Part shown: one piece after another, positions 17,994 through 26,515 of the stretch | How positions within the stretch are numbered: the first letter of the stretch is position 1 | How the letters are laid out: each line of letters opens with the position of its first letter | Source: Pseudomonadota bacterium | GTDB lineage: Bacteria; Bdellovibrionota; FAC87; UBA2466 | Direction: 5' to 3' | NCBI GenBank assembly: GCA_043718025.1 | Contig: JAYSWN010000002.1 | Coordinates: 1-44,236 of the forward strand | Length of the DNA stretch: 44,236 nt | The notes under the pieces: generated by a model | What the model was told of the DNA's origin: nothing | The model's database searches: none | Seen by the model: the letters and a program-made list of their open reading frames with translations, nothing else | Program-made: the position numbers and the translations under genes

Positions 17994-18803
17994 CTAATTC
18001 TGCGGAGCGCCGGTTTCTGCGGAGGGCGCTCGATCGGTGGCCGGGGCTTCGATGCCTGCAGATTTCAATGCGCTTTCCTGGTTAAAAACGTCAACCGCCG
18101 CCGTATTTTCAATGGCGGCGCCGCCCCTATCAGCTTGCAGGGCATCCATCGCTTCGTTGAAATTATCGATGCGCTCAGCGCCCATTTCAGCAATGGCCTC
18201 CTTTAGCTCATTAAGCTCTGCCGCCCCCGGCATGAGGCCATTGAAGGGCTTTAGCCTGAACGGCTTCTTCTTTTTTGAGAGTGAAATCTCTTCGGCCGAA
18301 AAACCGCCACCTTGGCCGCCAGATTCGTCTTGCACAAAGATCACGCCGTAAAGGCAGCCGGTGAGCGACGAACCCATCGACGGCGGAATGCCTTCTGAAT
18401 CAGGCGGGTAAGCGTAGTCGTAGCATTTGTCGTAGCGTTCGGTTACGCGCTTCGAACATTTTTCGTCTTTCCTCTGCTCGCAGCCAAAGGCCATAAAACC
18501 TTTTTGCATGCAGCCGATGGCCAGCCTTCTATCGGCAGAGCTGAAATCTGGAGATGCTTTGTTCGAGCGTTTTGCGTTAACCGATTTGGCGCACAGATCG
18601 ATACTGGGGTCGAGAATGCTTTTGCATTTGGCGTCCGCGCCGCAAAAGCCATTTTCAACCACCTTCATCATCTTCTGGGCCTTGCGCTCCATCGCCCAGT
18701 CTTTAAAATCATCCCACTTAGTGGTCACCACCGCCGAAATAATTCCAAATAGATTTACCGCTAAAACCACCTGCAAATACCGGAGCTTTTTGTTGGTTGC
18801 CAT
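17994..18803 (-). CDS. Membrane-anchored hypothetical protein with two 4-Cys repeats
   Basis: N-terminal TM helix after MATNKK, two C-x5/7-C-x10-C...C units, and an acidic Ala-rich tail. The start at 18803 is preferred over 18863. Confidence 0.6.
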   Translation of the reverse strand: MATNKKLRYLQVVLAVNLFGIISAVVTTKWDDFKDWAMERKAQKMMKVVENGFCGADAKCKSILDPSIDLCAKSVNAKRSNKASPDFSSADRRLAIGCMQKGFMAFGCEQRKDEKCSKRVTERYDKCYDYAYPPDSEGIPPSMGSSLTGCLYGVIFVQDESGGQGGGFSAEEISLSKKKKPFRLKPFNGLMPGAAELNELKEAIAEMGAERIDNFNEAMDALQADRGGAAIENTAAVDVFNQESALKSAGIEAPATDRAPSAETGAPQN

Positions 18804-18941
18804 GAGTGAATTATCGGCGGGAAACGACCGAAAGTTTAACGCGCAAGGGCTGATCGCGCTCATTTTCAGTGGCCGGCCTCGTCACCCTTTACCGCGACGC
18901 GTAAAATAGTCTACCGTAAGGAAAAACGAGGGGATTATTGA

Positions 18942-19400
18942 ATGAAAACGTGGCTAGTGGTTTTACTTTTGTCCGTTACTCAATCGGCAATGGCTTGCCG
19001 CATTGTCTGTTCTAAAGGAAGCGACCTTTGGCATCTCTTAGCCGACGGCGAAACCGATAAGTTTCAAGTTCTTGAGGGTTCCAACCCGATCAACCAGGGG
19101 CTCAGCTGCAAGTTATTGCCCGCCGTGGGCTCCGCCGCCGAGCAAGAAGAGCTGCGCCTCATCAATGTTTGTACCTTGCCGCTGGATAAATCGGGTGAAA
19201 CCGAGCGTTTTCGAACGGAACGCGCGCAAGTTCGAAAAGTGGTTCTGGAAGAAGGCAAGCCCCGTGAAGTTTCTGAAGATCAGCTGGTGTGGATTTGGGA
19301 AAGGGACGTAAAAAATCCGAAGTCCGGTAAAACCGAAATTAAAACGCTTCGTCGCGTTGAGTTTGACCGCAATGATTGCGGCAGCGCCAAAGACAGTTAA
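18942..19400 (+). CDS. Secreted hypothetical protein
   Basis: SD GAGGGG, signal peptide MKTWLVVLLLSVTQSAMA, 5 Cys. Confidence 0.7.
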   Translation: MKTWLVVLLLSVTQSAMACRIVCSKGSDLWHLLADGETDKFQVLEGSNPINQGLSCKLLPAVGSAAEQEELRLINVCTLPLDKSGETERFRTERAQVRKVVLEEGKPREVSEDQLVWIWERDVKNPKSGKTEIKTLRRVEFDRNDCGSAKDS

Positions 19401-19427
19401 GTGTAATCTACGCGCCAAAAGAGTCAC

Positions 19428-20429
19428 TCACTTGCGTAAACGTAGCGAGTGCTCGACCATCTCTTTGGTGGCCGGGTGTTGGCGCCACTTCGTAAACTCA
19501 CCATCGGTGGCCATGCTCTCAATTAGCAGCGTGGCCGGTTCTATAAAACTAAAGACTAATTTTTCGAGCTCTTGCGCTGCTTCGATGTAAATTTTTGTTT
19601 CTGCCGTTATTTGCGATTTAAATTTTAATAAGGCCTCGAATTGGGACATCATTCTCTGCAGTTGATCAAGCCGGGCATCGATGTGGATGGCCACCGAATC
19701 CAGTTCTTGATTGCCCTCAGGGGAAAGCCCCTGTTTGTGCAGCGTGAGGTGAACATCGATTTCGTCAATTAAAGTTGAGACCCCTTCTTGGGCCAGATAA
19801 TAGTTCATCATCGCCAGCGCTTCGTAACCCGCCGCATTTTCGGTTACCGTTTTTTCTTTCAGATTGGTGAAGGTTAAACCCTTAGGGTTCAGGCGGCGAT
19901 ATTCATAAAAGGCCTGGTGCGTGCGAGCTTGGGCGTCCAACGATTTCATTATTTTACTATCGCCTATCGAAAACGCGCCGTAGTTCATCAACTCAAGGTG
20001 AAGCCATTCGTGACTGAGCAAATTTTTGCGCCACGGGCCGTGGTGTTTCACCAGTATGATGGTGTCTTGACTGAGCTTCAAATCTTCGCCATGAGACCGT
20101 CCGAGCAGCCACCCGTTGGGGAGAAAAACCGCTTCCATCTTTGTGGGGTAATTCTTCAACTTCGAACCAAGGGCGTTGCACTCGGCGGGGGAAAGGGTCT
20201 GTCCCGCGGCAACGTTTAAGTTCATATCGATTTCCCGGGTGAGGATACGAACCCCTTTTTCTTGCAACTTCACTACGCCGCCGGCCAAATCCACTTCGTT
20301 CAACTCTTTGGCAAAGGCCAGCGAGATTTGTCGTTTTGAAAAGGGCGCTTCAATCCGCGCCTCTTGCGCGCGCGCGGGGGCCAAAAGTGCAAAGGCTAGT
20401 AATCCGCATACCAGCGGCAAAAGGCGCAT
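19428..20429 (-). CDS. Secreted protein with HExxH zinc-metallopeptidase-like motif
   Basis: The ATG at 20429 has the SD AGGAG and a signal peptide MRLLPLVCGLLAFALLAPARA. LLSHEWLH motif with a downstream DEIDVH. The ORF-track extension to 20651 overlaps a repeat and looks spurious. Confidence 0.65.
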   Translation of the reverse strand: MRLLPLVCGLLAFALLAPARAQEARIEAPFSKRQISLAFAKELNEVDLAGGVVKLQEKGVRILTREIDMNLNVAAGQTLSPAECNALGSKLKNYPTKMEAVFLPNGWLLGRSHGEDLKLSQDTIILVKHHGPWRKNLLSHEWLHLELMNYGAFSIGDSKIMKSLDAQARTHQAFYEYRRLNPKGLTFTNLKEKTVTENAAGYEALAMMNYYLAQEGVSTLIDEIDVHLTLHKQGLSPEGNQELDSVAIHIDARLDQLQRMMSQFEALLKFKSQITAETKIYIEAAQELEKLVFSFIEPATLLIESMATDGEFTKWRQHPATKEMVEHSLRLRK

Positions 20430-20459
20430 ATTCGACTCCTGTAGGTAAGGGGGAGAAAT

Positions 20460-20475
20460 AGCAGGAATGGGGCCG
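20460..20475 (-). promoter_or_regulatory. Candidate sigma-54 promoter for the HExxH gene
   Basis: Minus strand CGGCCC-CATTC-CTGCT has the correct GG-N10-GC spacing and sits about 30 nt upstream of the ATG. Imperfect consensus. Confidence 0.3.
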
Positions 20476-20606
20476 CCGCGTAAGGGTAAATCAGCGGCTT
20501 GGTGGTGGTATTTCGAAGGCGGTGACAAAGAAACACGAGTGGAAATGGGTTTGTGTGGGGAGCGTGGCGGTTTCCTGAGAAAGTGTTTCAAAAGTGGTAT
20601 TTCGCC

Positions 20607-20731
20607 GTCATTGCGTCTATGGAAAAGGCGCACGCAGTGCGGCTGAAGCAACCCTTTAAATATGAGTTAAGAGGGACGTCGACAAAACCAAGCAGGCCAA
20701 AGGTTGCCGCGCCTGCTACGCAGGCAATGAC
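20607..20731. repeat. Degenerate RPE-like palindromic element, copy C
   Basis: GTCATTGCG (20607)...GAAGCAACC (20645)...GGTTGCCGCG (20702)...GCAATGAC (20731), the same nested-arm layout as copy B. Confidence 0.6.
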
Positions 20732-21079
20732 AGGAACGCGGCTCTACATAAGGTTTTGAGACGCTCTCTCAGGAAATCTTCTGACTTTGAATCGGCTATG
20801 ATTTTTCTATCTTTTTTCCCGAAAAGAAAAATTTTAAAAAAATTCGAGAACGCGTTGAAGGCGTTACCTAAAGTTCGATTGCTGAGCCCGCCTAAACAGC
20901 ACTAGCCCCGAAGTGCGGTCGTTGCCCTCAAGACAAAAAGGCAAAGCTAGTGGAGTAGATACGAGTCACGCCGCCAACGCCCGGCTTTGCACTACACGCC
21001 TGAACCACACCCGGGTGGAGGCGCCGCCCAACCTCCACGAGCAACGCGAGAGCTACCACGGTCCGCGGGCCCCCAAACC

Positions 21080-21217
21080 GGGTTCTATCCTCTTTTAGTG
21101 GGCGCGTTATTGCTCTCGTCTTTGCGAGGCCGCAGGCCGAAGCAATCCTCACGCGGTGGAATAAAGGTCTCAATCATCGTCCAAGGATTGCCGCGCCACT
21201 TCGTGGCTCGCAAGGAC
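21080..21217. repeat. RPE-like palindromic element, copy B, plus a conserved 38-nt flank
   Basis: GTCTTTGCGAG (21118)...GAAGCAATCC...GGATTGCCGCG...CTCGCAAGGAC (21217). Positions 21080-21189 are the reverse complement of 1-129, apart from a 19-nt indel. Confidence 0.9.
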
Positions 21218-21359
21218 GGGCGGGGAGCGAAGAGTCCCAAAACCGCATAAAGTATCTGCTATATAGTCCCACCCTGGCGCGCACCGTGAGTATTCGGGCT
21301 GTTTCTGCGCCTAATAGACGGCGCTGGGATTGCACTCTCAGAGGCTGGGAGTTAATGCC

Positions 21360-23237
21360 ATGTGGCGGGTAAAGATCGGTTTATTAATTCTATTATTTTT
21401 GGCCATGAATGCCTCTTCTGATTCGGGCACCTCGGTGCCGTCGAAGGGGGCAGAGTTCGTGGTGCAAGGGTCTGTGTTGCAGCAACTGCGCTTTAGCCAA
21501 AAACAGACCACCGCGTTTGATGACGAAGGGCGTTCGGTTACCCCGAACCTGGATATCTTGGTAACGCCCAGCCTGGCGCCAAATGCTCAAGGCGCTTCCG
21601 TGGTACGGCTAAATGTTTCTATTTCTGGAACCACCTCGACTTCGGAATCACGGGCGGTTGGCCTGTTAAAAAGAAAACAGGTCAACGTGGGTGTCGTGAA
21701 TCAGATGACCGGTCACTTTGAGCAGGATCTGCAGATCGGCGATAAGGGGCTCATGCCAGCCCAAACGCGCGGCGGAATTCAAGCCGGATCCACTATTTCT
21801 GCCTCCAATACTTTTGGTCTGTTTAACCGACTGGTCAATCGCGTTGCCCTTAATGAGGCAAAAGGGACGGTTGGCCGAAAAATGCCGCAAAAAATTAATG
21901 AGGCCGACGACAAGGTGAAGGGTCGTTTAAGCGGCGCCGCTAACCAGGCGGCCCAGGCGCTTTCTGGTCTGCTCGCCAGCGCGGAGCAAATGCTGCCGAC
22001 CACGCCACCCAAAGACGTGTACGCGCGCTTTGAAAGTACCGCCGGCGATACGGGGCGGATGGTATCGCAGGTAATTGACGGTAGCGCTCAGCGGCAACCC
22101 GAACCAAAATTCGATTTTCAATCGCAAGCCGCCACGCGAGCCGTGATTCATCAAGACCTATTGACCAAATTGCTGAATCAACAATTGGCAGGTCGTGAGC
22201 TTAAATTTTCTGAGTTTCAAAAAGAGCTTTGCAGCAAGCTTGGGTCGCGGGTACTCGATTTTTGTAATGCGGACTTGCCGACCGAAGTGAAATCAACGGC
22301 GGTACAATTTAGCTCGCCCAAGGCGATCGAATTCTTTTTTGAAAAGGGAAAAATTCGCTTTCGAATGCACGCGCTCTATAAAAAAAGAGATTTGTCTAAG
22401 GTAACCGTCAACGCTTCACCAGCCCTCGGCGCGCCAGATTCTAATAACATTTCTCTGGCCACGGAACCCTATACCGTTGACGTAACTTATCGGATTGGCG
22501 AATTGGGGGGCGAACTTGAGGTGCTTAAAGTAGCGGCCGAAGAAAAATGCGTTGCGCCGAACAAGGTTTCCCCGTCCACACCTGGGCCTAAAGATAAGTT
22601 AAAGAGCGGCTGGCATTTTTTAACTGATCCGGGCAAAGCGGTTCGCGAAATTTGCGATGGCACTGTGGATCTGGTGGCTAAATCAGAGCTCGAAAAAAAA
22701 TTCGCCCAGCTTTTCAAACCAAAAATCAATTTAGTTCCGGTGAGCTTTCCCCTAAAAGTTCACTCCGGCGATAATATCAGTTCGACGATGACGGAAGCTG
22801 GCACCTTGTTTCCGCTTGAACTCAAAGCAGAGAATGGCTGGCTCGCGGTTTCGACGGCGCTTTGTAGCGAAAGTTACCACGCCTTGGGCCTGACGCCCAC
22901 GCTATCGTTTGCGGCAAATGGTGGTCCGGGGATGCTCTACGTTAAGAACGTGGCGCCTTTTTCTCCAGCTTGGCAGAGCCAATTTCGGGAGGGCGATCGT
23001 ATTGAGAGTTACGGAGTTCCGGGCGAAAGGCCCGTAAGCCTTATGACCAGCGCAGAAGCATTTATCAACTTTACTGCTAAGCGATCTGAGGCGCCGAGCG
23101 CCACATCGCGTACGCTTGAAATTTCGGGGGTCGATGGGCAAGGAAATAAATTTAAGCGCACCGTATCGCTCTGTCCGCGCGCGTATGACCATCGCGGCAA
23201 AGCCCAAGCGGCATTTTCTAAACTGGTGGCTCGTTAG
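21360..23237 (+). CDS. Secreted hypothetical protein with C-terminal PDZ-like domain
   Basis: The ATG at 21360 follows GGGAG; signal peptide; C-terminal LGL...LYVKNVAPFSPAWQSQFREGDRIESY matches the PDZ pattern. Confidence 0.65.
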   Translation: MWRVKIGLLILLFLAMNASSDSGTSVPSKGAEFVVQGSVLQQLRFSQKQTTAFDDEGRSVTPNLDILVTPSLAPNAQGASVVRLNVSISGTTSTSESRAVGLLKRKQVNVGVVNQMTGHFEQDLQIGDKGLMPAQTRGGIQAGSTISASNTFGLFNRLVNRVALNEAKGTVGRKMPQKINEADDKVKGRLSGAANQAAQALSGLLASAEQMLPTTPPKDVYARFESTAGDTGRMVSQVIDGSAQRQPEPKFDFQSQAATRAVIHQDLLTKLLNQQLAGRELKFSEFQKELCSKLGSRVLDFCNADLPTEVKSTAVQFSSPKAIEFFFEKGKIRFRMHALYKKRDLSKVTVNASPALGAPDSNNISLATEPYTVDVTYRIGELGGELEVLKVAAEEKCVAPNKVSPSTPGPKDKLKSGWHFLTDPGKAVREICDGTVDLVAKSELEKKFAQLFKPKINLVPVSFPLKVHSGDNISSTMTEAGTLFPLELKAENGWLAVSTALCSESYHALGLTPTLSFAANGGPGMLYVKNVAPFSPAWQSQFREGDRIESYGVPGERPVSLMTSAEAFINFTAKRSEAPSATSRTLEISGVDGQGNKFKRTVSLCPRAYDHRGKAQAAFSKLVAR

Positions 23238-23441
23238 AAGCGTTTGGCCGTGCACTGACTGAATACTACTTCGACATAAATGGATACTAGTTGGGCACCG
23301 CACTAGGCCTATGAAACGTTAAGGGTTAAGTGGTGAAACGTGAAATTTCGTACGTAATTGTAAATAAGTTAGTCAAAATTTGGCGCGGTTTGAGCGTTGG
23401 TTAGGTTCAAATCGGGGTACCCTACTTGCAGCTTATCCAGC

Positions 23442-25259
23442 GTGGCACGTCAGTTAAATCCTCTATTAATACTTCCCCTTTTCTTTCTATGCCTTTCCTG
23501 TTTTCGCACCCAGGCCAACTGGCGGGCGATTGGCGGCGGTGCTTCGACGCTGCCCCCCGGGCAGAGTGGCGCCGTAATATTAGCTAATAGTTCGTTTACC
23601 GTTGCGCATGGCATGCCCCAGTCGATTGTCGCCAACGGTGGCAGCGGTAACTACGTATGCCAACTGATGAGCCCGCCGTTAAAGCCAGGAACCCTTGTGT
23701 CTCCGTCAGTCTCAGGAAGTCGGAATTGTAAATACACCGCGCCAGAGTCAGGCGGCCGCTTAACGCTTTCGGTAAAGGTGAGCGACGCCGCTGATGCTAC
23801 CAAATTTGCGCTGGCCACCATCATCGTGCCGGCGTCGGGCGAACCCGACACCAATTATGGACCGGGTTCAGGTGGCACCTTCGGTCATTTTCTTGCTGAC
23901 AACACAAATGAATTTCAGATTTTTGCTTCCGCCGCCGATGGGGAAGGTGGGATTTATGTGGGAGGAGAATTCAAACCTGGCTTAGCAGCCAGTAAAGGCT
24001 TTGTTGCTCATTTAGACGGCGACGGAAAATTGGATACACAATTTGCCAGTGGCAAGGGCATCTATTTTTTCAATGAAACGCTCTATGGTTCTGGTTCGGC
24101 ATGCAATATGGCTGGCGCCTGGACGGACGTCACTGTGGATCCCTTCATCAGAGTTGAGTCGCTAGCCGTCACGAGCCGCGGCGGCCGTGACGTGTACGTC
24201 GGCTTTTCTGGTTATACTCACCGAGGACTCTTTCGATTAAATAAAAACGGAGAGGTGAATACCAATTTTAAATGCCAAAAGTTATCTGAGGGGACTAGAA
24301 ACAAAACGAACCCACGATCTTTAGTACTAGACGATAATGATTTGGCGATGCTGACCGCAAATTATCCTGGCTCTCCCACCACTCAAGATTTGGTGCGATT
24401 TAGCGAAACCGGCGCAACCTCCCAATCTGCAACTTACGGCTGGCCGACTGGTATTTATCATAACGGTTCCAGTGACCCATTATATTCGTTAATCTTGCCT
24501 TATGGAGGTGGAGTCTACGTAACGGCGGCTTCGACGGTGCAAATGCCCAGTGCTGGAGGCACGCTATTTCTGATTTTCTCAGACGGAGCCGTTCCGGGCT
24601 CACTTAAAAAAGAGATGGGAGGCGGTTCTCTTTATGAGTTAAACTTTTTTAACGGCGCGGGCTTTTTGGAGGGCTACGCCACAGGAACTGAATCGAGAAG
24701 GCTTAGCTCATTTACTAAGCTGGCAGACGGAAGTCTGGTTATTGCCGGAGACTCCAACTGGTTAATGACCCCAATTAAGTATTCATTTTTTAGCCACAAA
24801 GTTCCACCGCTGAATACGTTGAGCCACGCATTCAGCTCACCCACGTTAACCAAAACCACAGATTTTGTTTCCACAACCGCCGAGATTCCTACACAGTATT
24901 TATTTGATGAGAAAATTGACGATGGCCGGGGCTCACGGTGCGGCGTGGTTCAAAACAGTGGCGGAATTCTCAATTTTGGATTCCTCTCCGTCTCGGGTGG
25001 CTACGTGGACAAATCTGTTTTTACCAGATTTAGCGCTGGGTCTAATTCAATCGATTTGGAATTTGCCGAGGCCCAAACTAACCACGATACAAATCTACAG
25101 TATCCTCTCTTCCAAAGTGATTTCCGGCAATTTAGGGCGAATACCATGGTTCAACAGCCCGACGGCCGAATTGTAGTAAGCGGCTTCTTGCGCGAGGCAC
25201 CAAGCTCTGCAAACCCCAGTCCAAAAAAACAGGGTTGGAGTGCTCGCTACTGGCCCTAA
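23442..25259 (+). CDS. Lipoprotein with Ig-like module and delta-60-type beta-propeller repeats
   Basis: Lipobox CLSC; repeats GEPDTNYG, DGKLDTQFASGKG, NGEVNTNF, LADGSLVIAG and QPDGRIVVSG. The start is uncertain (GTG 23442 or TTG 23397). Confidence 0.7.
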   Translation: MARQLNPLLILPLFFLCLSCFRTQANWRAIGGGASTLPPGQSGAVILANSSFTVAHGMPQSIVANGGSGNYVCQLMSPPLKPGTLVSPSVSGSRNCKYTAPESGGRLTLSVKVSDAADATKFALATIIVPASGEPDTNYGPGSGGTFGHFLADNTNEFQIFASAADGEGGIYVGGEFKPGLAASKGFVAHLDGDGKLDTQFASGKGIYFFNETLYGSGSACNMAGAWTDVTVDPFIRVESLAVTSRGGRDVYVGFSGYTHRGLFRLNKNGEVNTNFKCQKLSEGTRNKTNPRSLVLDDNDLAMLTANYPGSPTTQDLVRFSETGATSQSATYGWPTGIYHNGSSDPLYSLILPYGGGVYVTAASTVQMPSAGGTLFLIFSDGAVPGSLKKEMGGGSLYELNFFNGAGFLEGYATGTESRRLSSFTKLADGSLVIAGDSNWLMTPIKYSFFSHKVPPLNTLSHAFSSPTLTKTTDFVSTTAEIPTQYLFDEKIDDGRGSRCGVVQNSGGILNFGFLSVSGGYVDKSVFTRFSAGSNSIDLEFAEAQTNHDTNLQYPLFQSDFRQFRANTMVQQPDGRIVVSGFLREAPSSANPSPKKQGWSARYWP

Positions 25260-25277
25260 CCACGCCGGGCCTTTCAA

Positions 25278-26294
25278 TCAAAAGAAGGCCGGTCGCGCCG
25301 TATAGTGGTAGCCGGCCAGTTTCAAACTCGACACAAACTGTTTCACCACTGACTCTTCTTCGGGATGAATCACCAAGATAGGGCACGGCGCCTGGCGCAA
25401 AACCTGCCTGGTTAAACTTCCCATGATCAAGGTGCCCGCTTTTCCTGACTGCGAGGCCATGGCGATCATTGTGGTGGGTCCCAGTTTTTTTGCTACCCGC
25501 AAAATCTCGTCGAGGGCTCGCCCATTTTTCGGATCCAGGTGCAGTTTCACCTTTACGCCGTGCTTGGCGGCGTAAGCAATCCAGCGCTGCCCCTCGTCCT
25601 TAAGGCCATCGCGCAGCTCTTTTAAACTCTCCGCACTTACCGCCGGATAGAAAAAGGCCGGGGCAATTTCCGGATGGAGAAACTGAATTTTGTGAAACAG
25701 CAGAACCGTTAGCCCGGTCTCGGCAGCCAGGGTTACCGTGCGTTTAAAGGCCTGAAACGACAATTCTGAAAAATCGGTAGCAAACAAAACGTGCTTGATG
25801 CGCGCGGCCGACTTAGCTTTCGAAAGTGGGTTTACCACCAGTACCGGTAACGGCGATTGCAGCACCAAGCTTTCTGCAAAACTGCCGAGCAACAGGCGCG
25901 AAACCCCTTTGCGAGCGTGTGAACTTACCACTAAGAGGTGTGCCCCTTCCTCAATTGCGTAACTCAAGAAGCCGGAGGCGGCCTCGCTGGTTGTACTCCC
26001 CTCCTGCTTGATCAAGTGGGGGGGAGTTAGGCTGGCGTGTTTTACGGTTGCCACCAACGTCTCCAATTTTTTCATCGCCCACGAAGCCATGTCGTGCCAC
26101 TTTTCCTGAAACTCTTGGGCTTCGGGATTAAAACGCCCCAGCGCAATCAGCGCCACGGGCTGGGCCGAAAAGGGCAGCTTTCCGAAGAGTTTGGTTAGCA
26201 CTTCGAATGATCGCAACTGCTCACGCGGCTGCTCATGAAAAGGGTCCACCGCCCATAAAACTTTTACCGCGCTTCGTTTGGCCAAATTTGCCAT
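25278..26294 (-). CDS. Tandem-domain universal stress protein (UspA family)
   Basis: Two USP domains (VLWAVD...SHARKGVSRLLLGSFAESLV..PVLVV and VLFATDFS...MGSLTRQVLRQAPCPILVI). SD GAGG. Confidence 0.9.
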   Translation of the reverse strand: MANLAKRSAVKVLWAVDPFHEQPREQLRSFEVLTKLFGKLPFSAQPVALIALGRFNPEAQEFQEKWHDMASWAMKKLETLVATVKHASLTPPHLIKQEGSTTSEAASGFLSYAIEEGAHLLVVSSHARKGVSRLLLGSFAESLVLQSPLPVLVVNPLSKAKSAARIKHVLFATDFSELSFQAFKRTVTLAAETGLTVLLFHKIQFLHPEIAPAFFYPAVSAESLKELRDGLKDEGQRWIAYAAKHGVKVKLHLDPKNGRALDEILRVAKKLGPTTMIAMASQSGKAGTLIMGSLTRQVLRQAPCPILVIHPEEESVVKQFVSSLKLAGYHYTARPAFF

Positions 26295-26326
26295 GTTGCC
26301 TCTCTCTAATTTTGTAAAGGGGACAG

Positions 26327-26342
26327 AGCAAGGGCAGTGCCA
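26327..26342 (-). promoter_or_regulatory. Sigma-54 (-24/-12) promoter of the USP gene
   Basis: The minus strand reads TGGCAC-TGCCC-TTGCT, an exact consensus match, 32 nt upstream of the ATG. Confidence 0.85.
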
Positions 26343-26369
26343 ATATTTTTAGGCTGAAGATTCCTTCTT

Positions 26370-26388
26370 GTCCTCACCTGATGGGGAC
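26370..26388. promoter_or_regulatory. Candidate enhancer-binding-protein site (imperfect palindrome) between the two sigma-54 promoters
   Basis: GTCCTCACCTGATGGGGAC matches its own reverse complement at 14 of 19 positions. Confidence 0.35.
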
Positions 26389-26471
26389 GTTTTGGTTAAG
26401 CGTGGGTCAAAATTTCCCGTGGAACCGACGTGACTCGCCATGTCGTCAGCCACGGTGGGGCAATCGCGACT

Positions 26472-26487
26472 TGGCACAACGCTTGCT
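26472..26487 (+). promoter_or_regulatory. Sigma-54 (-24/-12) promoter of the rightward gene string
   Basis: TGGCAC-AACGC-TTGCT, an exact consensus match, 28 nt upstream of ATG 26516. Confidence 0.85.
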
Positions 26488-26515
26488 TTGCTTTTGAAAA
26501 AAAGGAGTGAGGGTC

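Noticed and set aside
20935..20995. c-di-GMP-I riboswitch suggested by GGCAAAGC
   Set aside because: The GGCAAAC...GAAA...GACGCAAA core and the second stem are not present.
20430..21250. Short ORFs (20553-20759, 20913-21098, 20928-21173, 20987-21250) and the extension of the HExxH ORF to 20651
   Set aside because: They overlap palindromic repeats, lack SDs and recognisable motifs, and a better start exists at 20429.
21080..21270. Complete IS/MITE with terminal inverted repeats
   Set aside because: I found no convincing matching right end or target duplication, and there is no transposase in the window.
23381..23395. Sigma-54 promoter TGGCGC-GGTTT-GAGC before the delta-60 gene
   Set aside because: The spacing is right but the -12 element (GAGC) is poor; too weak to call.
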